64,000 nucleotides of DNA from Marsupella aquatica. Its lineage: Eukaryota; Plantae; Marchantiophyta. A program made the translations under genes and the position numbers. Numbering within the stretch: the first letter of the stretch is position 1; every line of letters begins with the position of its first letter. The stretch covers positions 11,223,875 through 11,287,874 of the forward strand of contig OZ316891.1 of NCBI GenBank assembly GCA_973895155.1. The letters are read 5' to 3'. Of this stretch, positions 50,183-61,985 are shown piece after piece. The notes beneath the pieces were generated by a model, which saw only the letters and a list, made by a program, of their open reading frames with translations, had not been told where the DNA came from and searched no databases.

Positions 50183-53100
50183 ATGATTTTTTCTTCTTTC
50201 AAACGCTATAGCCCTCGGTTTTTGTTTTTGTTCACCATGTCTCGGTCTATCATTCTTTCTCGATTCGGTTCTAAAGATATTGTGACTATCCCTGTCCCCA
50301 TGAAAGATACGTACAAGCAGGTCCGGGAGAGGTATCTCTGCGGGAGATTTGATTTGAAGATGAATGACATTGAGGCCATTGGTCGAGAGCTCGAATCCAT
50401 TGATGATATCGAGGATGCTGCAACGTTCAATGTCAATGACGGTGAACGGTTTTGGCATCTCTACGCAGGGATCTCGTACTCGGTTCGTTTAAGACAGCAT
50501 GCAGGATTGTCCAGTTTCCCACCAGTTCCATGTGATGTGGTTGAGATTTCTTCAAGTGAGGATGGAGATCGTACTCTAAGTCCACCGTCAAAGAAGAAAA
50601 GCCCGCTCCCTACTGTCATGAAAGCTGAGACTTCGGGAAGCTGTAAGCAGTTGGAGGTCGTGTACCGGCGCAGTGCGATGGATACGTTACTCAAATCAAC
50701 TGGTCATAGTGAGTTGTCACGGTTCATATCAGCGGGTGATTTCAGGCATGAACAAGTGTCCTGTCTGCCAGCTAAGTACAATGGTAACGTCGTGTTTGAG
50801 TTGCCGCCCATTGATAAGATGCTCTCTAAAGGCTCTAGGCTTAGGGACATGGATCGTGCCAAAGATTGTTACATTTGGACACGCATATTTCCAACAATTG
50901 CAACTGTTCATCCTAAAAACCTTTGGCAGTTTGGGAAGGTTACCTGTACGGGATTCATTGAATGCAGGAACAAGTCCTGCGACTATTTCCAAAGGAAGAA
51001 GAAGGCAAATGCTAAGGCATGGCAGGGTACTCCAAAGCTCAGTGGTCAGTATGCTGTGGGATCTTTCATCGAAGAGGGAGGTGTTGTTTGTCATTACTGC
51101 GAACAGATTCCTTTTTGTGTGAAGTACTGCCCTGCCCGTTTGTTTTACATGTACCCCCAAGTATTACTTGATGCGGAAACATGTAGTCATATGTCCCGCC
51201 TGGCAATTCATATAGGTGAGCACAACCATCCAGGTAGAAAAACCTTTTGTAGGAGTGCGGAGAAGATAGCTGAGGATCTAATTAAAAAAACATGAAGCCA
51301 ATCCTCTATCAAAACCGGCAGGGATCTTGAATTCTACTACAGGGTCCTTAGTGAAATCTCTCTGCGAACATGTTGACGACATGGTCGATATCGAAGAAAC
51401 TGAAATATGGAAGTCTCTGATGGTCCTTTCCACTCCGCAGAAGTTTGCATCTCTTTGTCGGAGCGTTAGGATAGACCAAAAAGGTCGGGGTGAATTAGAT
51501 TTTCTCTCGCAAATGCAGAGGAGGATTCATGTGTCATTTCTCCAGAGGTATTTGCTTCCAGGTCAGGGATGTTAGAACGATAGGCCTCACATCTTTAAAA
51601 TGACCGTGAAAGGTCACGGTTCCGGTGTGGATCTTTTGAGGCAGATGCAACTGGGTGGAAGACTCGAAGGAGCCTGGGTAAGTTTTGATGTGATGCAGCG
51701 TGTCACTACGGATTGGTTTACTTTCAGCACACATGTCTACGACCACAATTTCCGTGCACTGTGTACAATTTTCACATGCGAGTTGAAAGGTGAAGACACT
51801 GAGTCTTTTGAAAAGGCATGGAGAGTGATGATTGAGGTTTGCAAAGAAAATGAACTTCAGGAGGTTGTCATCCAAGGATTTATGGCCGACAATGCACAAG
51901 CTGGATGGAATGCAGTGCAAAATGTTTTTTTTGGTGGACACCCGGACCCGGAGAGGGAGCGCTCTGATGCATTTCACTTTTATCAATCTTTTCATTGTCA
52001 TTCCAAGGAAGGAGTACTGGAAGAATGTCAATCGGAGCATCGGAGACTTTGGGAGAAACTGAGAAATGCTCCATCATTTGAAGTAGCATACCGGGTGTCC
52101 CGAGAGATTGTTGTGTGGTGGCAATCAGGAAACTGTGTCCCCGGAAAGTTGAAGATGCTGCAAAGCTGGATATCTTGGTGGGTTGTTCGCTGGCGCCAGT
52201 GGGGCAATTTTATTTGAGTGGTAAGGCATCCATCTATCTAGACTGTAATGTTCATCAACTTCATATTAGCGCCAGGCGCTGGTTATTTTCTCCATACACG
52301 TCAAAACAAGTAGTACAAGAAATTGAAGCAAATATGTAGTTAGAATTCAGTATTAAACATTGAAATTGTATTTCAGGCCTGTTCTACATATTTATGTTGC
52401 CAGCGCCGGGCGCTGGTAATAGAATACTACTTACGGTTGACATTTTCGTATGGCAGAGCAAAAGCGCTGAGGAAGGTGCCTTGATCCCCAACTGTACAGG
52501 GTCAGAATCAAGGCATGCGTCCATGAAAGCCTCGGCTACAAAGAAAAAGGTCGGTCTTTATGAAGCTTGCAAAGTTGACCAAAACCGCGTCATCCGCGTC
52601 GTGGTGTTCAGAAGCTTCCTCCTTTTCCTGACATTTTGCCTGTTCTGAAGGGTCTTCTGAAATTACATTCCTGGAAGAGCAAGGACTTGTCTTAGTGTGA
52701 ACAACAGGATTGAGTCGATCTGCGCCATCTGCTTTTGACCTCAGGATAAATGTTAACGTGTTCCCAGAAACAATAAGGTTTTTGGAGCCGAATCTCCAAC
52801 TTGGTAGTCGGAATGGGAGGAACTCAAGGCCTCGGTCTAATCTCACTGTGGGTCACATGAAGCGAATGGAGTTTGCACGACAAGAAGTGATGAGTTTGGA
52901 TGGGGAATGGAATGTTCAGACCGGAAATGCTTTTGGAAAGCAATTTCGAATTCAAACCCATGAGAACCATCGATCACCAAGCACATACTTCGTCCAAATT
53001 TGTATCTTCCCCGCTTGCTCTTGTGAAGACTTCTTCCTCCGACATTCGCGTGGCAAGTTGTACATGCCTTGCAAACATCTATACTGGGTGTACATAAATG

Positions 53101-53204
53101 TTTTCAAACTTGAGATTGAGGAGTCGACTCTTTGTAGCCAACCTATTTTGACTTTAGGCAAAGTCAGGCTTGTGCTGGAGAGGCAGAACTTGAATGGCTT
53201 ATGA
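50183..53204 (+). pseudogene. MULE-type transposase with GCM/WRKY-like N-terminal Zn domain, DDE core and SWIM finger; disrupted
   Basis: CTGFIECRNKSC...CHYC...CPAR...HIGEHNHP; WVSFDVM, FMADNAQAGWNAV, FHFYQS, SESRHASMK; CSCEDF..CKHLYWV. Frameshift in the A-run near 51285-51295 and in-frame TAG at 51573-51575; intron(s) at ~52220-52456 and ~52550-52745. Confidence 0.85.
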
Positions 53205-54775
53205 GAGAGATCAAAACTGCCCAATAGGTCGTCGTTCAATATAACGGTTATTCCCTATTTTGTCTTTTTCCAACGAATATTTTAGTTGTTTTATTGAGAC
53301 TTTGTTGGTTAGCGCCGGGCGCTGGTTCTAGGAAACCGAATATTCATTGCTTCATTATGTACGTGCATTGTGGAAGAATGACCTCTTGTTTTATTTAAAA
53401 TGTGTAAGTTGATTAAATTGTCTACTGTCTTCAAAGCCTCGAGGATGTGATTTGTCATTTGTTTGTGACGTTACAAGGTCCATTTAATCAACTCCTTTAG
53501 ATTGGGTTGATTTGGACTCCACGATTGACATGTGCTATGGTGGGTCCCACTCTAAGGGTCACTATTTGGCGATGAAAATAGATTGATTTGCATGAATGTT
53601 TCTTTAGGCACACTCCTAATACCATGTTTTTTATCTTCTACAATAAATTGTTGTGTCAATGGAGGATTGATAGTACACTTCATCCATCGGATGGCACAAA
53701 ATAATTGTTTGTTTTAAACTTTATTGCCCCCCGAAAAATTATGCCATTAGAGTGGTGGATATGCACGTTATGGTTCAGGCAAAACTGGTAACAGGGACAA
53801 GCTTACTGGTAACAGGTACAATTTCCCTGTTAACAGAAAATAAACCCCTGGTAACAGGTTTTCTGTTTTCTGTTTTCTGTCATGGCTATCATACCCGCTA
53901 ACAACTATCATGGCTAGCAAAAGCCACAACTCAAGAGGTCCACATTACTGATTAACAAAAATAAATGAAGAATGAATTTGAGTAGTGCAGATCTATCAAA
54001 CGAGGATCGTCTTGGTAGTAAGCATGTGTGTTTGTGAGTGGCAAACTAAATGTGGACTTGGTTGTATTCTAACTGTTTCAATACTAACTCGTGCTTGTCT
54101 TTGAAACCCACTTTGTTTACCCACTTCGGAATGCATTTATATGCATGCCCATTGCATTATTTACCTTGTGTTAATATTTCAAAACATAATTATAGCTTAG
54201 GTGGCCCCAATTCATGCACATTTTTCCCTAAAAAGTGCCTATCTATGGCAAATTAATAGTAAGATGTGCCCCGGTCAGTCAGAACTGAATCAACTGCACA
54301 ACTATTTGGGAGATGTATAATATAATAAATGAAGTAGCTGACCGGGTTACAAAAATTACAAATGACTAAACATAGTCTAAATTCAAGTTCATGTCAATTA
54401 TATAGGTCAGATTCATTTCTTCTCTGGCTATGGAAAATTCAAAGACATTCTGATTAATGAACTAATTTAGTAACCTAGGTGTCCCTTGTTCATGACGCCC
54501 ACCTTGGAAAGAAGGCGTGAGTCTCTCAAGTACTAACATGTCTCATCACAACATTTACCTGCAAAATAGAAAGTAAGGTAATTGTTAAACAAACAATAAG
54601 AGTTCAATCAAAGGCAAGACAAACAAAGAGTCTAATCCATAGCGAACTAACAGACACATGCAATATACATTAAACCCAAACTAATAAAGATAATACAACT
54701 AGCAATTATATCTACTTTAAGATTAAAATAAAATGTAATACGTCATATTTTATAAGTTCCCTATAAAAACTTACT

Positions 54776-56625
54776 TCATGTGTGGCCAGTTCTATTTCTG
54801 ATAGTCTGGAGTGTCTGGTCCAAGGTATTCAAAGCCCATGACCTTTCTTTTGGCAAATCATTGAAATTTAGTTGTTGATGTACATAGGCTGTCAACCCCA
54901 TAGTGGCACAAGAACTACTTTCACATTCAAGAGAAAGCAGCAAATGCATTCTGAACTTGTCCTCCTCCGATGAGACTCCAATCTGATTAGTTTCATATGC
55001 AAAATCACGAATATCACGAAGACTCTGCACCAAAAAAAAAAATTTGGTGAATTGGAAATTAATAAAAAAGAATATGCAACCAAATAAAATACATTTTTCT
55101 TCACTTACCTCATCGTCTAAATCTTTAACACCATGTTCAAAGTTTCCATGATCATCATTATGATTCCAATAATCAGTGCCAATAGTCTCGATAATATCAT
55201 CTGCATCTTGAATATCAACTTGACCTTCTTCAGGATATGGTGGAGTTAAAACTATTTTAGATTCTCTCTCTCTTGCTTGAAAAGCAAGTTGAGGAATGTG
55301 TGATGGCCTGTTCACACCTCGTTCTCGCACCGCTCTCACTGTATGGGCATTCCATGTTAGAATGATATCATTTACAGTATTCTGAATGAATGGAAGAAGT
55401 ACAGTAACAATGGAGTATCTATGCAAGGGATTATCCATTTGCAAAAATCCTTCCTCGTATGATAGAGTACGAAATAAGTCCTTATAATGACCCAATCCTT
55501 GTTTCTTCAAGAATCCCCAAAATGCTTCGATCCTCTGTAAAAATCACAATGATTGTAAAAAATTAGTATGTTCCTTGAAATTATTTTTCCTTTTATAAGT
55601 TAAAGCCACAAAAACCCCGTGGCAGAGGGGCAACCAGGCCATCAAAAAGCCAGCTAAACAACATGACCCCTGGGAGGGCGGGCATAAAGCATTAACAACG
55701 TACACAGACAACAAATCAGCATCGCGGCCAATGCAACATTGGGCCCCCATAAGTCCCATAGGCAAAAACTTAGTATGTTACTAAACATATCAAGCAAATA
55801 ATTTTGATAACATATAGTTGAGTTTAAGTACTACCTGATTATGAACTGAAGAACCTTTGCAAAAACAATGAGTATTTGGTCTTGCCCTTTCAAGATTATT
55901 TTGGACCAAAATATGCTCAGTCACATAATCAGAACGAATTAATAAAGGATGACCAAATCTTTGAACCGCATTTTTATACACTTCATAAATAGTCCGGGCT
56001 TTCTTATTTAATGCAACATGCATATAATATAATGTGTAGCTCCATCGATAGCTCCATGAATTATAATTCCATAATTTGCTAATTTGTCATATGCAACACA
56101 AGAAATTAAACAAAATTAGTACATCATTTCATGATCATGAACAAACTATCTGAATCATATATAGTCAAAAAATGATTGATTCAATCTAAATAAAAGGATA
56201 TAAATACTTGAATTTTACTCACAGTCCATATGCCAAATATGCATTGCTTTGGTGACATCGTAAACCCGACGTATTAGACATCCGTGTGCTCTTGATGCAA
56301 GTAATCCTGGAACTAAAACATCCAAGGCATCACGTACAAGCGTTCTTGGAACTTTGTATCCATCTCTTTGTAATCGTGCCTTTATCATTCTTATTCCCCA
56401 ATCTTTTGCATATCCATATATGGGAATAAACTCTAGAATCAATTGTCGAACCTCCTCAAGCGTATATGTTGGATACATTTTCTCTCCATTATTAAATACT
56501 TTCAACCATCGCCATAAAGTAATTCGATCTATTCCAAGTGCTAATGCACATTCCTTCATAGTGTAACCAATGTGAAGTGCTGCCATCACATCTTCACACA
56601 TTGAATTGATGTTTGTTGCATCCAT
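54776..56625 (-). pseudogene. IS3EU-like (HTH + integrase-core DDE) transposase, spliced, disrupted
   Basis: HTH ALALGIDRITLWRW; GIRMIKARL..G.KVPR; RRVYDV...WHMD; YDKLANYGIIIHGAIDGATH; GHPLLIRSD..TE; GSSVHNQ|RIEAFW; WNAHTVR. Frameshift at ~56025 and a non-canonical acceptor at ~56095. Confidence 0.8.
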
Positions 56626-56998
56626 ATATTTCCCAAATATTCTCCAAAACTCCAATGAACTAATACTTTATTTTGCCAGTGTATAATTCCACCTTTTTTA
56701 GAACAATTAGAGAACTCTGTCAGAAAAACAAAGGTCACAAGACAAAAAAACCAAGGCTAGTTAGAAAATGTACACTAAGTTGCCATTGCACATACAATAA
56801 AGTAGGAATATTTTTAGCAAAAGATACCATGGATTTACAAAGGATTTGAAAACTATGGAGGATTCTTTGGTATATTCAATGCCCCAATTTAAGCTCTTGA
56901 GAGCATCTATTACAAAAATAAGCAAAGATACAAATGGGCAAACAAAATCAATATATAACATTAAAAATTCTGCTCATTATCATGACTATGAATCATGT

Positions 56999-58330
56999 TT
57001 ATGCATTTTCATTTGAAAATGTGTAGGCACCACCTAGCTTCTCATTAATTGCAATCCCAACTACGTATACCGGTTCTATAGGGGAACATCTGTACGAGGT
57101 GGCGTGCATATCTTTTCCACAAATAAAGAAAATATCCCCATCTAATATTGGAATCTTTATTCCATACTCAATAACAACTAGATGTCCACCTCGTTCCTCC
57201 ATTGAAGGATTTGATGCCATGAACATAGTGTATTTACTACAATCATGATCATTATGAACTATATTACAATAGTTCTTTGTAAGAAATAGAGGATATGTTG
57301 GTACAGCATGTTTCACAACGTTGGGCTTGGAAAAGTATTGAAGTAATTCTTTGCTTAGATCCATGAAAGGATCTTTGCAATCCAAAAATTCCCTCACTAC
57401 CGGCCAAAAATAATCACAAAATAGTAGGAAAATAATTTCAAATAAGATTCGATGGGAGCATTGCTCATGAATTAACTCCAATTGCAATGTGCTAATTGGA
57501 GTTGTTAACTTATCCCTGTAGTAACTCACAAAATGTGCTCATTTTCCTTCTCTCCACTTCATAAGTGGCCCCACAGCTCGGATTATTTCAATCAATGCTG
57601 ATCTCGAATCAGCTCTACGAACAGTCCATTTGTGATTGTAGGCATCAATTATTGAATGCCTTAGAAATGCTCGATCGCCCTCTGGAACAACTCCTTTCAT
57701 TCGTCCCCCTATTATTTCATTGGTAGACCTATCTTTCCAAATTTCAATAGATGACAAGGGATCCATAACATAAAAGTTACTTAGTATCACCTTCCATACA
57801 ATATGTCGTTCTGTTTTGGGTGGGCTAAATCCTCTCTCAATCAAGAAAGCATTTTTATGTTTCACAAGAAACTTAGGGCTTCTCTTCGCAAATGTCTTTA
57901 CTGGGATTTTATGTTCTTCAAATTTTTCAAAATGATCTGCCTTCCGATTTATATATAAAATTGGATCTTTACGAAACTTTCAGACCCTGGTGGCAATCTC
58001 ATTCCCAAGCGAAGATAGATTGTACCGGAAAGTGATCAAGTGGACTATTGTTTTCCACTGATTGGCAGTAAAATACTCAGACCAACGACTGGTTTTCCCC
58101 AAGAAGTGAAAACCAGAATAAAATTTTGATAACTCTCCCTTCATTTTCCCACCGGAAAAGATGTGCAGACCATATTCAAAGAGTAACCAATCACTGAGCA
58201 ACCATTTCAGTAAAAACTGAATATGTAATTTTCCCAACTGAGATGTAAGAGTGATGAGCTCATAGAAATAAATAGCAGTAGGGAAGACCAACAATTGTTT
58301 CTTTGACATAGAGGCTGCATTTAGCGTCAA
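56999..58330 (-). pseudogene. TET/JBP-like 2OG-Fe(II) dioxygenase gene (~440 codons, one frame, two premature TGA)
   Basis: ORFs 57980-58330, 57539-57865 and 56999-57529 share one frame, separated only by TGA at 57980-57982 and 57539-57541. C-terminal VHNDHD (HxD)...GGHLVVIEYGIKIPILDGDIFFI...MH fits the DSBH pattern HxD..GGxL..G...GD...H. Confidence 0.6.
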
Positions 58331-58569
58331 CCTGTGTTTTCAGTTGAAGACTATCTAAGAATGCGAACAATTCAAGCCGGGAAGCAAGCATTGTGGACCA
58401 ACGATGACAACATAATCAAAGAAATCAATTTGTAGTGGCTAAGTTTGTGACGGTGACGAGATTGTGATATCTCTTAATCGAGAAAGGGTTTCCAATGAGC
58501 CTCAATTTGACAAATTTTGTCAAGTTCCATATGAGTTTTTGAATTTCTTTGACTTTCCAATGAGTATGA

Positions 58570-58960
58570 GTATAATAAATTTTGATCATGAGTTCATGAA
58601 TTCTTTTAGCTTTCTAACATTGAGTCCAACATTGACAAATTCATGTCAGATTTTGTCACGGTACTCAAGAGATCAGGAGATTTTCAATCTCTTTAACTTT
58701 CTAATGTGTGACATTGAGATTATTTGTCAAGAAATAGAGAGATCATGAATATCTAAATTTCTCTAACTTTCCAATGAACCTAACATTGATAGATTTTGTC
58801 ACTATTAAGGAGATGATGAGTTTTTAATTTTACTCTAACTTTCTAATGAGTGTGACATTGAGAGATTTTATCACTTGAGACATTACTAAAGAGATCATGA
58901 GTTTCTAAATCTTGATCTTGAATTTTCTAATGAATCAAACATTGGCAGATTTTATCAAGT
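58570..58960. repeat. Degenerate ~75-bp tandem repeat upstream of the dioxygenase-like gene
   Basis: gagatca(t/g)gag...ctctaactttctaatga...acattga recurring at ~58585, 58670, 58740, 58810, 58891. Confidence 0.75.
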
Positions 58961-59710
58961 ACTAAGCGAATTTATTATTTAGTTTTACAATGTGAAGCCA
59001 AAGGGATTTTAAGTATCTACATTTACAATTAAAAAATACAAGAATTTTGATATAAAACACTAATATATTTGTGACAAATATCAAAATGGTAACTTTGTTT
59101 TACTAAATGACATCTCTTCCTTTGTATTTTGGTTTTTTTTACGTTTAATATTTACGGCATGGCGCCCCAAAAATTACGTTGCTTTTGCCACAAACAGGAA
59201 TTGCACGTTTGTTAAAAGTAGGATCATTCCTGTTTGTGGCTGGTTGTGATGATGTGGCGCAACCTCATGGCAGACAATTTGCAAGAGACCCCTAATGGGG
59301 GTCCGTAATTACTTTATATAGCCTAATCTTTAGGTATGTCTATTTCTTGACATAATTATTTTGGATATTGTTTGTATTAACGTATTCCAAACTCCATCAA
59401 CAAATACAAAATTGAAGTATGCAAATTGCATGCATGCAACAATAGATGAGGCAAAAAGAGAAATGGTCACCTCGTCACCACAAATTAGCCAGTTTTCCAA
59501 ATCCAAAGTTGTCTTCAAAATTGATATCTCTACACTTTCCAAAAAATATATCAAGCTTAAGGTCCCATTGGCCATAATACAAAATCTAGTGGATCCAAGT
59601 TACTATGAGTCCTCCAAAATATTCTCAATAAAATTTAGAATTTTTCACTCTTTTGTCCTTTCCTAATTTGATGGCCTATGGTTTTAGTCAAAGAGTCTAT
59701 TGGATAAACT

Positions 59711-60397
59711 TTAGAGCCAAGAAATATGATTACGAACAGGGGTCTGCAAAGTGGGATCAATGGGATGGAGATGACAATAGAAGAACCATTTGTCAACTCC
59801 ATGGGCACTATGATCATATATCTTTTGATCGCAAGCATATCCTTCTGCCTGACATTCCTTCAAACAATAAAAATGCCACATTGTGGGGCATCAAATGCAA
59901 TGGACAATATCTGTCCAATTTAGGGCATCATGTTCACCACATGCCTTGCATGTATGTAACGGGCAGATAGGGGTGTGTGATGGCAGACACGCACCGCAAA
60001 AAAACCTTACACAAAATCTATCTGAACATTTTTGAACATATTGTGGAGAGTCAAGAGAACCCTCCAAATTCCCTAACTTTCCACATTGGGCACACTTTGC
60101 ATGTTTATGCATGCAGTCTTTGCACTTCCACTTCCCATGTTGGCCAGAAGGTGGGGGAAGGCCGACTCTTGGACAATTATTCTCTGCTGCATGCAAAGAT
60201 TGTGCATTGAGATGGAAGTGCCTCAAGCATGGTCCATCACAAATGACTAACTCTCCACCATCATCACAAATGGCACAACAATGGGCTGCTTTTTGGTAGA
60301 TTTGTTCGCGTGAAAACTTCAAAACATGTGGTCCAAACACAGCTGAATGTCTCACCTCGCCCTTATCTTTTCTACATGGTTGTTTAGGACGAGCCAT
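59711..60397 (-). pseudogene. EDM2/NSD-type tandem PHD-finger region (one premature TGA)
   Basis: CAICDDGGELVICDGPCLRHFH...WKCKDC...CAQCGKLG...CPLHTCKACG...CI*CPTMWH..C...FFYCHLHPIDPTLQTPVRNHI; the last part matches the EDM2 motif YC.xH.ID..L.TP.R.HI. TGA at 59891-59893, TAA at 59711. Confidence 0.8.
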
Positions 60398-60554
60398 GCC
60401 TACACATCCATAAAAAAAATTAATTGTTAGAAATCATAAAAAATTAGGATAAACTCAGAACTAACAAATCATCAAAAATACACAATAATACTACTATTCA
60501 ATGAGCTATTCAAGATTCATGTACAAATTAGTTGCATACTTCAATCTATATAAC

Positions 60555-61985
60555 AAGTCCAAGTACATGTTGTTCTCTTAGCCATGCAGGTCTCACACAA
60601 GATGCTGGTATGATAAGAGTCGCGGCTGCCAAATGTCCCTTCTTTGAACTACTCATTAACAAAATTAATATTCACTAAGGAAAGCATGGTTTGAGAGATG
60701 GAACGCAAAATTTCTAGAGCCACATTCCCTTACCAGAATGGGACCAAACTTTGGTTGCACATACCCCAGGTAGTAGACAACGTGCTCGTGAAGTAAGAGC
60801 ACCAACAAAGCTTTGGTTGAGAAATGAAAAATCAGAGCCTTTGTGGGGTACTCTTGCCTCCTAAGCAACCTCTGACTTCTCTCCCTTGCCACTATTCAAA
60901 CCAGCTCTGACTTGCTAAATCTGCAACCAAGTCCAAGTGCATGTTTTCCTCTTAGCCAGGTCCCTAACAAGATGGTGGTTCATAAGAGTCGTAGCTGTCA
61001 AATGTCCCTACTTTGAAGTACTCAAAAACTATCGTTCGTTAAGGGAAGAAACATTTAAGAGATGGAAGCAGAGGGCGAGGAATTTCTGGAGCCACATTCC
61101 CTGGGCTGAATGGCACCAAACTTGGCCAGCACGTACCTCAAGTAGTAGACAATGTCTTGGCAAAGTAACAGGATGAAGGGAGATTTCAGTGAGAAAATGA
61201 AAAATTGGATGCTCCGAGGCGGTCCTCCTGCCTCCCAAGCCACCTTTGAATCCTCTCCCTTGCCACTACTTCGATCAGCTCGTACTTGCTAGACCTGCAA
61301 ACAAGTCCAACTACATTGTGTTCTCTTAGCCACTTCCCTAACAAGATGGTGGTGTCACAAGAGTCGCAGCTGTTGAACGTTACTGCTTTGAAGTACTCAG
61401 AAATCAATCGTTCTGTAAGGGAAGTAACATTTAAGAGATGAAAGCTGGGAGCGTGGAATTTCTGGAGCCACATTCCCTAGGCAGAATGGGACCAAACTCG
61501 GCCAGCACGTACCTCAAGTAGTAGACAATGTCCTGGTAAAGTTACAGCATGAACAAAGATTTCAGTGAGAAATGAAAAATCGGATGCTCCGAGGTGGTCC
61601 TCCTGCCTCCCAAGCCACCTTCGAATCCTCTCCTTTGCCACTACTTCGATCAGCTCGTACTTGCTAGACCTGCAAACGAGTCTAGCTACATTGTGTTCTC
61701 TTAGCCATGTCCCTAACAAGATGACAGTATCACAAGAGTCGTAGCTGTTGAACATCACTGCTTTGAAGTACTCAGAAATCAATCGTTCAATAAGGGAAGC
61801 AATGTTGAAGAGATGGAAGCAGGGAGCATGAAATTTCTGGAGCCACATTCCCTAGGCGGAATGGGACCAAACTCGGCCAGCACGTACCTCAAGTAGTAGA
61901 CAATATCCTGGTAAAGTTACAGCATGAACGGAGATTTCAGTGAGAAATGAAAAATCAGATGCTCCGAGGAGGTCCTCCTGCCTCC
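60555..61985 (-). repeat. ~375-bp tandem repeat (~4 copies), open as a 125-codon repeat on the minus strand
   Basis: Marker cacattccct at 60721, 61093, 61469, 61844 (periods 372-376). Confidence 0.9.

Larger units (their letters stand above)
43649..53323. promoter_or_regulatory. 16 dispersed copies of the interrupted palindrome AGCGC-N3-GCGCT (often TAGCGC-N3-GCGCTA)
   Basis: Starts at 43649, 43772, 43874, 45065, 45171, 46930, 47023, 48452, 49537, 49599, 49747, 49882, 49945, 52268, 52402, 53311 (four copies carry 1-2 mismatches); function inferred only. Confidence 0.7.
43212..53896. mobile_element. 10.7-kb Mutator-like (MULE) element with short degenerate TIRs and cargo genes
   Basis: 8-bp direct repeat GCTAACAA at 43204-43211 and 53897-53904; termini GGG...CCC; inverted subterminal GATAGC..AACAG..CTG(G/T)TACCAG motifs at both ends; internal MULE transposase. 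Confidence 0.8.

Noticed and set aside
59330-59710. Continuation into the C-terminal domain of full-length EDM2
   Set aside because: The frame ends at TAA 59711 and I see no downstream EDM2 motifs
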